NCBI GenBank assembly: GCA_012295275.1
Contig: CM022670.1
Span: 18,104,001-18,168,000 of the forward strand
Direction: 5' to 3'
From: Chrysomallon squamiferum
Taxonomy: Eukaryota; Animalia; Mollusca
Length of the DNA: 64,000 nucleotides
A program made the position numbers and the translations under genes. The notes under the pieces were generated by a model. It made no database searches. It was not told the origin of the DNA and saw only the letters and a list, made by a program, of their open reading frames with translations. Positions 29,150 to 41,969 of the stretch are shown here, piece by piece; position 1 is the stretch's first letter; every line of letters starts with the position of its first letter.

Positions 29150-29701
29150 GGCAAAATTTGATTAGTGCATTCTGAACTTAGCCGAGAATCAACACAGGCA
29201 TTATCTGCTGATAGGATCACACTGTTTGCATCGTGAACACGAAAGCCGCGAGTGTTTTTCAAAGAGAAAACGGATAAAGGTGGATAGCTCTTAAATATGG
29301 CGCGGTGCTGTTTCCGGTTTCCGAGTCATCAGCTATTATTCCGGATACGTTACATACGTTTTGTTTTGTTTTGCCCAGTTTGTTTCTGTTGACAAGGTCG
29401 TTAGATAAGTTGCTAGCTCAGCTTAGCCTACTAGGAGCTGAAAGACGATGACTATGATTTCCCACTTAGAAATGTTTTCTTAATGTTTTGTACTTTTGTA
29501 CTTCCGAAGAGCACAAATAATTGTCATATAGAATTGGTGTGCTTGTTTCTCTGTGTATGTGTGTGTGTGTGTCTGCGTATGTATGTGCGTATGAATATTT
29601 AAATATAAATTATATATGGTAAGACATTAGTATTATATTACTTCTGCTGCAAGAGTTGTTGCTGCTAATGCTGTAATTACTATCACTACAACTATTATTA
29701 G

Positions 29702-29735
<34 letters not shown>

Positions 29736-29928
29736 GTGTTGGTAGTCCCAGTAGAAATAGTAGTAAAAAAAACCTCAAATCATAACCACCAAAAAATAAA
29801 AAATAAAAACATTACTGTAATGACGTTCATTCACTGCTTAAATATTGCTTCTCATCGTCCAAAATAATTTAACTGCGAAAGAGAAAGGACGCTAAGAAAA
29901 ATGTTGTCCTTAATTTGCTTCGACGTAA

Positions 29929-29929
29929 C

Positions 29930-30006
<77 letters not shown>

Positions 30007-30210
30007 CAGTAGCAGTAGTAGCAGTAGTAGTAATAGTTGTTGCAGAAGCTGAACCAGAAGTAATGGTGGTAGTAACAGTACTAATGGAAGTGGTGAGCAA
30101 TAGAAAGAGCAACAGTAATAGTAATATAAGTACTAGTAGCAGTAGTGGTAGTAGTAGTGGTAGTAGTAGTAGCAGTGACAATACAGTAGCAGTTGTTGTA
30201 ATAGTAGTAG
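29929..30210. repeat. (GTA)n microsatellite decaying into a degenerate trinucleotide tract
   Basis: Perfect GTA run to about 30005, then GTA/GCA/GTG/ATA variants. Confidence 0.95.
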
Positions 30211-31395
30211 GACCAGAAGTAATAGTTCTTTCTTTTATTAATTAATGGAAAGTTCAGTAGGTCAAATATTTCCCTCACAATTAGATTCACAATCTATCCT
30301 GTGTTTTAGAACATTAACAAAACGTAGTAGATAGTCCTTACTACTAAGACCTTTTTGTTTTTCTAGCGCATTATAATACATCACTGAACTAACTTGCTTT
30401 CGTCTGACAAGTAAGTTACAACAATCTGCACGTATTGTACAAAAACATAATTCACCATCACGTCTACATCTGTGACAGGATTTTTGCGCCGCGTTTTCTT
30501 CTCGCTGGAAATCGTCGCAACCGCAGTGCAGGTATTCACATCGCCTGCGATTCATTAACATTCTATTGTTGTCGAGGATGTGGACGTGGATGCCAGCATA
30601 CCACACCGGCGCTTGCTGTAGCAGTCGTTAAACTTGCCATTCCATCGTCCCAGAGCGCGGTAAACGGTAACAAGAAAGAGCTCGTCGGCCGATATCTCTT
30701 AAAGTGTGTCTAGGAATCCGAGCAGTTCAGTGTTTTATAGCGTTGCGTGGATAATAATAGGCTTAATGCTGTATTAAGACTGAGGAGTGTGTGTAGTAAT
30801 AACAGCTGATGTCGTAAAAGTAATGCTGAATGGGTAGACACACATTTATGACAATATTTATACAATATAACGAATGAATTTTGCGAAGTAGACTGTTGAT
30901 GCTCTTCTTTTTATTACTAATTTATTTCATGATATCTACATATTTATTTACTTAGCTAAGTGTTTATATATTTTTTATTACGTAGTTAAATGCATTCAGT
31001 TTTATTACTTTGTTGATGTATTATCTACTTTAGACAAACTATCGTCTTCTTCAATACACATAATACACACACATATAATTATATGTCTGTGTGTGTGTTT
31101 AAATGTGTGCATAATTACATACTGTATATGTGTATTTTCTTATTTAGCTGTTTGTATGAATACAAATTATGCTTATATATTCTTGCGTAATTTTTTTTTG
31201 TTTTTTGTTTAATGAAATATTTTATTAGGATATAATTATTCGGTAATATTCGAAAAAAATACCAAGATAAAATAAAATACCAAAGAAATAACAAACGAAA
31301 GAAAAATAAGAAAGCATGAAATAATAATGAAAAATTACTGAAGAAAGAGAAGATGAATAAATGAAGGAAACAATCAGCAGATCAATCAATGGATG

Positions 31396-31426
<31 letters not shown>

Positions 31427-32149
31427 TTACGTTATGTGTATAAAATGTAAGCAACCATAAAAAAAAATGTTACATTTTTGTGGATAAGAAAAAAAAAAGA
31501 GCAGAAAAAAAAAAAGCAGTGTATGAAAAAAGCCCCCCCCAAAAAAACATAGATAATTTCATCTAACGACTGATTTCTGATTTTTCACTTGATAAATACA
31601 TATGTAAATATCTGTATTTCGTTAGGACTTAAATTACTTATATTTCATTGCTTATTACTGTTTGCACTGGCTGTTCTTAATACATACATCTATTTGCTAA
31701 TAACACAATGCATATATGAATTTACCTTCGGTTTACATATTATACTAGGTTTTTCTTTACAGGTCATGATATCTCTTTGCTAAAATTACACAAATATAAG
31801 AATTTACTGCTGTGTTTTTGATTATATCTGTCTTTGTTTACACGCTTTTAATATCGTTTTGTTACTCTCGCACACATAATTATATGAATTTAGAACTGTG
31901 TTATGTATGTCGGATGGTTTATTTGTATATTTTTTTGTTTATGATTATTATTTTTTATTTTGTGTGTGTATGTTTTTCATTTACTATTAATTTTTTTTTA
32001 CATTGTCACGGATGTTATTTATTATTTTTGTTGCACGATACTAACAGTTATGTTCTTTCTTTCTAAAGATAGCAAATAATTAATGAATTACCACATATCA
32101 CCTTTTCTCTAATCAGATTTAGTTTCTTTCTGTTTACTTAATTATTTTA

Positions 32150-32208
<59 letters not shown>

Positions 32209-32465
32209 AAAGAGAGCAATTTATTTTCACTACTTAATTAAAAAAAAAAAATTTCGGTAGTGTTATTAATATTGATTTATTTTTATTTAAGATGATAATT
32301 TTTGTGTTTATTTGTCATTAAAGATTTTTTTTTTTTTTTTTATAAAAGATAATTTTTATGCTATTTTAATTTAAGCTAATAACTAAAATGTGTTATTTGT
32401 ATTCTAAATGATAATTATTTTGTTAGTGCCTTATCTGTGTAATAATAATAATTGTTGAACCAACT

Positions 32466-32557
32466 TATTTTTTATTTTTTATTTTATTTTATTTTATTTT
32501 ATTTTATTTTATTTTATTTTATTTTATTTTATTTTATTTTATTTTATTTTATTTTAT
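32466..32557. repeat. (TTTTA)n pentanucleotide microsatellite
   Basis: Near-perfect ATTTT run. Confidence 0.95.
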
Positions 32558-33294
32558 ATTGTGGCTGCTTACAATCCTGTAGTCATAAACGATATAAATA
32601 AATAAATACTACTACTAATAATAATAATAGTAATGATACCAACAATAACAAGAGCAACAACAAATTTAAATATACCTATTGAAATAATCGTATATAAGCA
32701 AATGTTTGAAGAAGGAAACAAAATTTGAAAACAAACATCAATCATGGTGATGTCTATTCTCCAGCAAACTAAAGCGCTAACAACTTCGCAAAAATTCCAA
32801 ATTTCTGAAACACATTCCAGTATGTGCGTATTTTATAATATGACTGAATGTATAAATAACACTTCAGTATATTCACCTCACATTTTCATCTTGAAAGTTT
32901 TGTTTTGTTCTCACAATCATTAAAGACAATCAGTCAATCAGTCAGTTATGGACAACAACAACAACAACAAAAACTGCAACAACAACAATAATAATGATGA
33001 TGACGACGATGATAATGATGACGATGATGGTGAAGATGATGTTGATAATGAAAATACAACAGCATTATAAAATGATTTGTCAAACCTCCTCTGAATTAGG
33101 CTTGTGTCAAATTGATATTCTACACACATAGTTTACAAACGCTATTGTCAGCAAATCTTTATTTCAAGTTGGCAAAGTGGATCATTACTGAGACAGTAAT
33201 GTCGAATTACGCCAATACAGAGTGGCAGTCCTCCTACGAGCAAACCAGAAAGAGGACGTTCTCTTTTGATATTTGCACTACTGAACGTAACCTG

Positions 33295-33675
33295 TTACGA
33301 ACTCTGAGAATAAGTGTCTTTAAATAAGAAAATACGTAACGTTTATACGAATTCTGAGAAATTACGTAAAATTTATACTAATTCTGAAGACTTACGTAAA
33401 GCTGATGCTAATTCTGAGAATATACGTTTGAATTGTACTGATTCGAAATCTACGAATACACGTTGAATTGAAACGAATTATTTTGTGAGAAGAAGCGTCT
33501 CACTGATACGAATTGTGAGAATACGCGTCGAAATAATACGAATTCTTAGAAAACAGTTATGACTGATACTTACTCTGAGAAAACACACTTGGCTGATGTA
33601 GTTTCTTAAAATACACGCTGAATACATGCAAAGTCTTAGAAAACAGGTTTGACAAACACGAATTCTGAGAATATA
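33295..33675. repeat. Diverged 30-bp tandem array, about 12 units
   Basis: A TACGAATTCTGAGAA-like core recurs every 30 bp (33346, 33376, 33406; then about 33507, 33537, 33567, 33597, 33627, 33657), with one disrupted stretch at about 33440-33490. Confidence 0.85.
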
Positions 33676-33984
33676 ATGCACATGTAATTAATTACGATCT
33701 TTTAGAATGCATGTTTCGCTGATATAAATGTGTTATTGTTTGAAATATTGCAAAACAAATAGGCGTTGGGTAGTATCAGAAGAGAAAAGATGTTTTTATC
33801 AAACAAAAATTTATATGCTTATAAAAAGGAAAAAAAAAAAAGAACGACGAAAAAATGTATAATAATAATAAAACAAAAACAAAATGAACAACAACATCAA
33901 AACCAACGTATTTTCAATTTGTTAAGCATAAATGTGGTGGACGATACTTCTTCAGCTAATTTATATAGATTTATTAACAATATC

Positions 33985-34139
33985 AATAGCAATAGCAATA
34001 ACAATAACAATAACAATAACAATAATAATAATAATAATAATCAATAAATAAATAAATAAATCAAATTAATAAATTTGAATCATAGACGTTATTATGGTTA
34101 TGATTATCATCATTATCATCATCATCATCATCATTATCA

Positions 34140-34174
<35 letters not shown>

Positions 34175-34272
34175 TATTTATTTATTATTATTATTATTTA
34201 TTATTATTATTATTATTATCATCATCATCATCATCATCATCATCATTCATCATTATTATTATTATTATTATT
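33985..34272. repeat. Compound (AAC/AAT)n then (ATC/ATT)n microsatellites
   Basis: Directly visible. Further AAT/ATT runs at about 4318-4362, 41418-41487, 56193-56245, 57742-57796, 58996-59062 and 61657-61713. Confidence 0.95.
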
Positions 34273-34952
34273 GTTAAAGGAATGCTTTATAAATAATAAA
34301 ATACAGTTCAAGGATATTTTCACACAGTCAGTTATCGTGAATTAGTTCTAGCCAACAGTCTCAGCTTCACGCCAGATCTACAAATGACGTTAACGAAACC
34401 TATACACTCTCGCGTGATTCCCAGATAGCAAACGTTAACAATACGCGCAGCGAATCAGATCTCTCGACAGAAAGCAATGCCAGTTGCAATGACCAATATC
34501 TGACAACGAAGGAGGACGAGAAAAAAGTTAAAAAAAAAAAAAAGTTCCGTCGATCCTGTGTTGAAAACAATTAATAGTCAACTATAAAACAGTTTTTGAA
34601 AAGAAAAAAACAAAAAAAAAATCCAGAAAAAAAAAAATCTGTTTAACGCAAGAAAGATCTGTTTTACGTCTCTCGTCGCGTTTTCGTCTTTTGACTAGCG
34701 ATCTGGTGGGAAATAAGAAATTGCGAACGTTGAAGCACTGATGTCGGTCCAAGGATAGGCTTGTGTCAGAGACTAGATTGAACGTATCACCATCCATTTG
34801 AGACGGATCGAGTGAGTACTTAACACAAATGTCCAAATACTAATTGAATTTTTCTGCATGTCGCTTCTCTTTCTATTTCGTTCATGGTGTAATGGACTTT
34901 TTTTTTTTTTTTTTCTTGTAATATTTCAGATATATGTTTTAGTATTCAGATC

Positions 34953-34996
<44 letters not shown>

Positions 34997-35384
34997 GTAA
35001 TAATGCATACGAAGAAAAAAGTATGTATTGTCAATATAACTGTTATTTTAATAACAGATAATTAATTGTGAATACAATTGTGAATATCCGATAATTACAT
35101 TGTTTGTTGTAGAGTATTCAATTTATGTCATCAATTTAACTAGCTAGTAGAATAGTAATTCTATAAATTATGATTCAAGCACGCTTTCTTAGACAAGCTA
35201 TACTAAAACCAGGCTGTCCACTCAAATTGGTTGGGGTTTTCTTACTTTATTTAATTAGTTAAATACCACGCACTCAATTTCGATTCAATTACTATCTGCC
35301 TGTAATGAAATAATTTGTGAAATACAGTCCCGAGGCGTGCTGGACCACAGGAACAATTCTCATCTGTGCCCCCGCTGGACAAAT

Positions 35385-35445
35385 TCCTGTTAATCGATAA
35401 AAGTAGCCGATGGAGCGACGGCAGCGGATTTCCTCTCCTCACTGC
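35385..35445 (+). mobile_element. Possible degenerate SINE central-domain fragment
   Basis: TAATCGATAAAAGTAGCCGATGGAGCGACGGCAGCGGATTTCCTCTC; a related GAGTAGCCCATGT occurs near 15463. It resembles a recalled gastropod SINE segment. Not verified. Confidence 0.4.
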
Positions 35446-35536
35446 CATTATTAGATTATAATTAATATTTTTACTATTATTACTGAACAGTGACTATTGA
35501 AATATTTACTTATTTATGCGTTCTCTGTACTGCGGG

Positions 35537-35654
35537 TAAAAGAGAATGAACATTATTTTCTTAATTTGCAAAAACAACAGACACGCCGAAGAAAAAATAC
35601 ACAGCTTGGGAGAAAAACAGATTGTGAATCTCGTAACACAATCCGTGTAGAGAT
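35537..35654 (+). repeat. Dispersed ~120-bp repeat, copy 2
   Basis: Colinear with 29031-29149, including an exact run AAAAACAACAGACACGCCGAAGAAAAAATACACA. Confidence 0.9.
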
Positions 35655-36576
35655 TTTTGGATGATTCATGTTTGTTTTCTTTTGGTATTCAAAAATGTGT
35701 TATTTTTCACATTCTAGCCAGAGCTCCACAAATATTTTATCAAAAGTTTTTCTATGTGCTTTCAAACTGTAAGAAAAAAAATAACGTGAGTCTTTTTCCG
35801 CTAATCGATGTGATAGCCAATGAAACTCGACAGTCACTTTCCTTGCTAATATTATCATTATTCAAAAACCATATTTTTACAAGTAATAATCCATAACAGA
35901 ATGTGCTGAGGGATCGTTTAACATTCATTCCAATTTTCTTCTATTTTCACACTGCATGGTCTTGCATTTTTAGGCGGTCGATGATTGACATTTGCAGTTC
36001 TTGCCATTAAAACGCTTTCTTCCTGCATATACATTTTGATTGCATTATTTTTCCATGTTTTTCTTGGAAGTGAAAGTAGCCGTTTTCAAAGCCACGCTAC
36101 CTATTCTGAAAGTGACATTTTGAACTGATGCCAAAGTTTAAAAACATAGACTACACATACCTCTTTAAGAAAAATTTAGAGGTCTGTTTTATGTTCTACT
36201 GTTTATAAGAAGTTCATTTTTAGGTGATGTTGACGTATTATTAGTAATGGCTGTAGTAGTATCATTAGTAGATGTTGTCGTAGTAGTAGCAGCAGTAATA
36301 GTGCTAGTTGTAGTAGTAGTAGTAGTAGTGGGATTGGTAGTAGTAGTAGTCATGGCTGTTGTGTTTACTGTAGTGATGACAGTTTTAAACAGATGATGTT
36401 ACTGAAGCAGTGTTTTTATTTATTACTCATATCTATGATTTTTGTTGTTTGTGATCATAGATAAGCGGGTATTTGTGACAGGTCATTAGTCGATAAAGGA
36501 CAGATTACTAGAGATGAAAATGGAAACTGAGCGACAAGTTATTCATTTGTACCCACTTATCAATTTCCTGTTATTC

Positions 36577-36608
<32 letters not shown>

Positions 36609-37381
36609 TAATAATAATAATAAAATAAAATATTTAGTAAAATCAGTTATCCTTTTGCAAGTTTATATTCTAATCAGATTCAGCTTGTTAATTATGTTTA
36701 TATTATGTACAAAAACAAAATACAAAAAGAAAGATCTATAATAATGCCATTGTCTAGTAAGGGAATTATTGTGGCTAATAAGAAAACTGATAATTTAAAC
36801 AAAGACAAGTTATTATGACCATTATGCAGAATCTACGGAACTTTACGACTAGGTCCTGTTTAAATAAACAAAATTTCTTCGCATAATCAGGCGCGCTGTG
36901 TATTACTAATCTTCATTATTCGCGGTTAATCTACTAACAGCGCGTCATAAAGCTTTCGCTTGGCTGTATTCAAAACTCTCGTGAAAACATCTAAACATTT
37001 TTGCCACAGCAAGTGGGTGCAGTTTCGCCTCCAGTGATTCTGTAATTGTCATGCCAGCTGAGTTGGAAAATCATACGGGATTAAAAGGTTTCTGCGTGTG
37101 CAGTGTAAACTGCTGCAGTTCGCATTGCCACGCAAACCCACGAGTCCGCATGCAAACACGTTATTAAATCACGAAGCGTCATCGTCGATATCGTAAACAT
37201 CCGAAAGACAGGTGGTCCCTCGTAACGTTTCTAACGCCCGGGGAGTCAGGTCTAATAGATAGGTAATTTGTAAGCCGAGCAGGGTGCGAAAATGTTTCTA
37301 TAGTTTTTCTTTATGTGTCCTTTCTTCTTCTTTTTTTCTGCTATTTTTCACTTTTTTCTTCCTTTTATGAGCCTTTTTTTT

Positions 37382-37429
<48 letters not shown>

Positions 37430-37564
37430 CTGTTTGCCTCTCTTCCTTCATGTCCCTCTCTGATTTATTAAATTGATTTTCTTTTTCGGTTATTATAGTC
37501 TTCTTGCTACTACTTATTTTCCACTGTCGTTGTATAGGTGGTATTATATTTCTTTTTATTTCTC

Positions 37565-37666
37565 TGTGAAAGTATCAAAAGTAAAATTATATGTTAAATT
37601 ATTTAATAAGTATATTGTGAAAATATGAAAAGTAAAATTATATAGTAAATTATTTAATATGTATAT
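37565..37666. repeat. 51-bp tandem duplication
   Basis: TGTGAAA.TAT.AAAAGTAAAATTATAT..TAAATTATTTAATA.GTATAT at 37565 and 37616. Confidence 0.85.
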
Positions 37667-38459
37667 ATCCAAACATATGTCAAATTCACTCACAGACTTA
37701 AATAAAAAAAAGAGATCAGTTCATCCTTATGTATGATTGTATTCATTTAAAAATTCATTTCAAAGTAGGGGTTTCTAAATTTTATTATAGCCCATGATAT
37801 AAATCTGTTTCATAATAATATTAATATTAGGTATCTTTTTTTATATAAAACGACGATAATAAAGAAAAAAAAAAGTAAACGGAAAAAGAGAAATCTTCTG
37901 CCGCATTCGACTACTGTTATAAAATGCAATAATGTTTTTTTGTTGTTGTTGTTGTTGTTTTTGGGGTGTTGTATATGCCCTCTTGTTGACAGAGAAGCAC
38001 ATAAATTGCTTTACTTTAACAAGTCTCAGACACTTGTTTTCAGCGGGAATAGATTCAGTGGAGGAGTGATAATAATAGCAGCAGAAACAAAAAATCTTTC
38101 TGTTTATTTTGAACGTTTTTTTTCTCCCTGTTTTTGTTCTACAGAAACAGCTGTAATCTGTATATCAGATTTGACAGTTCACTTGATGCAGAATTTCTGA
38201 AGGACTAGTTAGCTATGGCGATAATTTTACATGGGAAAACCACGAACTCACCTAGGAAGAATCTCGTTGCAATCATTTAAGAAGAAGTTTCCTGAAGCAG
38301 TGAATTACTGACTACAACGTTGTGTAATTTGTCACGTAGAGAATCTGATATATCAGTTTAGTGTGGTTATAGCATACACACGCAATCGTACAAATATTGA
38401 GACAAACGTACATAAACACAAACAGCAGTTACACGTACATAAAACATACGTACATAACT

Positions 38460-38518
<59 letters not shown>

Positions 38519-38778
38519 AAGATAACAAAATACGCCAAAATACACACACCTATACACAAACATATACGCGCATGTATTTGTGAATGTTGTTATTAATGTA
38601 TATATTTGTATACATATATATATGTGTGTATATAAGTATGTATATGTGGGTATTTATATATGTATGTGTATGTGTGTGTATGATTCTATATATGTATGTG
38701 TTTGTATGTATGTCTCTTTACGTATGTATGTAAGTATATATATGTTTTCAGAATTCTTCACACAAACGGAAATACCTA

Positions 38779-39726
38779 CCGTATATACTTGTGTACAAGG
38801 CGACCTTATGTATAAGTCGATGTGTATTTTAAGACCAAAAATTGCGTCATTTTAGGTATTACTTGTGTATAAGTCGACTGTAGATTCCAGGCACCTTCAC
38901 TATTTTTAGACCAGTGTGACAGTGCCATGAAGGCCTACACTGTACGCCTACTGTAACATAACTTGCACGAGCTGTAACTTGCACGAACATACCATAATAA
39001 CGTAAATGCATGTATTTTTTTATCATCATCATCATCATTATTATTATTGTTGTTGTTGTTGCTGTTGTTATTGTTGTTGCTATTATTACTGTTATTATTA
39101 GTATTGTTATTATTATTATTACTATTACTATTATTATTCAAAATGTATTTTATCGTCTATCGACATGAAGGTTACATTAAAATGAGCTATAGCCTAAATG
39201 TATCATAAATAGTATCTCTTTAATGTAATAGGTCTAACATGGAGACCTAACTTACCGTTATATTTAGCCGTTCTATGATTTACAAAATTTGTCGGTAGTG
39301 GATATTAATGACGATTGCAATATTATTTCACCAAATTCTTTACAACTAAACAAGTGAGTTTTGTTTATGAAATTAGGACCGATATTTAGTGCAATTTGGC
39401 AGAGAAGTCTGCATTCCTAGATCACTGCAAGACGCCGTAAGGCATAACGCCGTACTGACGGTTTTCTCGCTTTAAAATGTATTTTTATGTCGTTAATCAT
39501 ATTTGGTTTTGTTATTTAATTTTTCAAAATTTTTTATACGATAAAATTATATTTTTGAAAAGCTGAAAGACCGCGATTATTTTAGATGCATCCCGTAGCA
39601 AAAAATAGTCAAAATGGCGACTCTTCAGCAACAGCTACAAAAGCATTACCTATGTATAAGTCGACCCCCAAAATATTACCTTAATATAGTCTCCCAAAAA
39701 TTCGACTTATACACAAGTATATACGG
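38779..39726. mobile_element. Non-autonomous Tc1/mariner-superfamily element (Tc2/pogo-like MITE), 948 bp
   Basis: Left TIR CCGTATATACTTGTGTACAAGGCGA (38779-38803) matches the reverse complement of 39702-39726 (CCGTATATACTTGTGTATAAGTCGA) at 23 of 25 positions. TA flanks both ends (38777-38778, 39727-39728). Internal copies of TGTATAAGTCGA occur near 38809, 38866 and 39653. No transposase ORF. Confidence 0.9.
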
Positions 39727-41417
39727 TAATTATCCATGGCTGCATCTTCTAACGTAAAATTACAAATCTTCAAGCATCAAAAGTCATCTCCTTCATGTTT
39801 AACTGTATTTTAGGTAGGCAAACCAAAATGAGGAAGTATTAAAATAGAAAGAAAATTCATCTGCACAAAGTCCGTGATTAATAAAAAGTTACATTATTAA
39901 AGAGATTTCATTTCAGTTTTTTGACAATGAAGTAATAAAGCTGCTTTTATTATTTCTCTTCCTTTCTTTCTTGCGTTTAAACGTTCTTGAGTGTGTTCTT
40001 TCTTTTTCATCCTTTCAATCTTTAATTTCATTTTTCTTTCTTTTATTTCTTCATTTCTTTTCTCTGTTTGTTTAATCTTTTTTTTTTCTTTCATTATTAC
40101 AAATGTATTTAAAACTGTTCAAATTTCATCATTGTTTCAATATTAAATGGACTATTTTATTATTGATTAAATCAAATTAACTTCGTGGCATTAGTAAAAA
40201 GGATTACTCTTCCTCAATAATTTCCTGATATTTATGACGATCGATTTGAAAAAGTACGTTACTTTTTATTTATCTGTCACGAGTATGATAGTCTTTACGG
40301 CTAAAATTCGTATTTATTCTTATTGTTATTTAATATCAAGATATTCTGTAAATACAATAAGAAATTATTCGTTTTTATATTTTTACTTTAAGTGCTTAGC
40401 GTCTGGTAATTATACATATTAATATGTTTAAGATATTAATTCAAGTGATTTTCTATAAAATTTTAGCAAATGCAATTTTTTTTTTTACAAAGGAATGAAA
40501 AAAGTAAGAAAGACTCTTTATGAACATATAAACAATCTTCCTTACGTCTTATCCACCTTTATAGAAATATAAAATACTTACATAGAGAAACACACATACA
40601 CACGTGCAAGCATGCTCGTGCATGTTCAAATACTTCAGTAGTTATCAAAATTAATGATCTGACGTTGTCTCTTCATATCGAGCGTTCAGACATTTTACTT
40701 ATGTACTGAGATATATTCCTGTCTTGCTTTGTGTTTATCTACTTTCCATCGCTCTGACTATCTATCACTGTGCATCTGCCTATTTGTCTTTGTCAAAACG
40801 TGTATCTGTGGCTGCGTCTATCTCGCTACTATCTAACCATCTATTTGTCTGTCTAAACACGGTCTGTTTAACACCAAGACCTAACAGAACTCATTTTCAC
40901 AGTCGGTTTGCACAAACTAACATTACAGTCCCAGCAGAGAAGTTTGGTTTCAACTTGGCTTGATGTTTTAATGCGTTTATTTTAAAATATTGGTTTTGTA
41001 AATGAAAACGTAAAACCATTACCATGTTCTTCATTGCAGATCGACTGCACAATCCAGGAAAACAAGCCGTTCGAATCGGTTTCTCTTGTCTCTTGTTTTT
41101 AAAAGTGTTTTGCATTTCATGTTTGGTTTTTTTTTTCCCAGACGTTTTATGCATTTGGTAGGAAAGCACTGTTGGATATTTGCAGTCTGTGTCTGCTTGG
41201 TGAAAGGAACGCTAGTAAACTGTGTGTTTGTGATGACTGTGCAGACACAGAGCTATGCTTGGTATGTGTTAGAGGTTATTGTATTGACGAATCCTTAGTA
41301 TTCGACATTCTCTCTCTCTCTGTTTAAGAGGTTAGATGTCTGAGGTTATCAGTTGTAATATCTCTCATTTCAGTGAATAGTTTTTTTTAAATAATAATAA
41401 TAAAAATAAAAATAAAA

Positions 41418-41479
<62 letters not shown>

Positions 41480-41820
41480 TAATAATATTTTTTATTTATT
41501 ATTATTATTAAAGCTTTAAAGTTATTACCTAGGTATTTTTATAAACAATATAAGTTTGGTCCTATTTAAAAAAAAAAATTGTGGGTTTTTTCAAAAGATA
41601 TTTAAAAAGATGTTGATACTGAAGATAGTGGCTCCAGGCGGGTGCAGTGAGGCGAGTTATTTGTGATTTTCAGATATCAGTCGGTGAATAAATACGAAAA
41701 CCAAAATATTCTTCCTCTTTACCTAAAATTTGATAAAATCATGAAATAAAGAAACGGGAAAGGTTTTTATTTTTAATTATTTTTAATCTACCTGTCATAG
41801 GTTTTAGTTACATATCTTTT

Positions 41821-41969
<149 letters not shown>

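Noticed and set aside
29281-29345. Minus-strand CTGATGA-CTCGGAAACCG-GAAAC resembling a hammerhead ribozyme core
   Set aside because: Stem II lacks the usual G-C closing pair and is bulged, and I could not build stem III with an NUH cleavage triplet next to the possible stem I partner.
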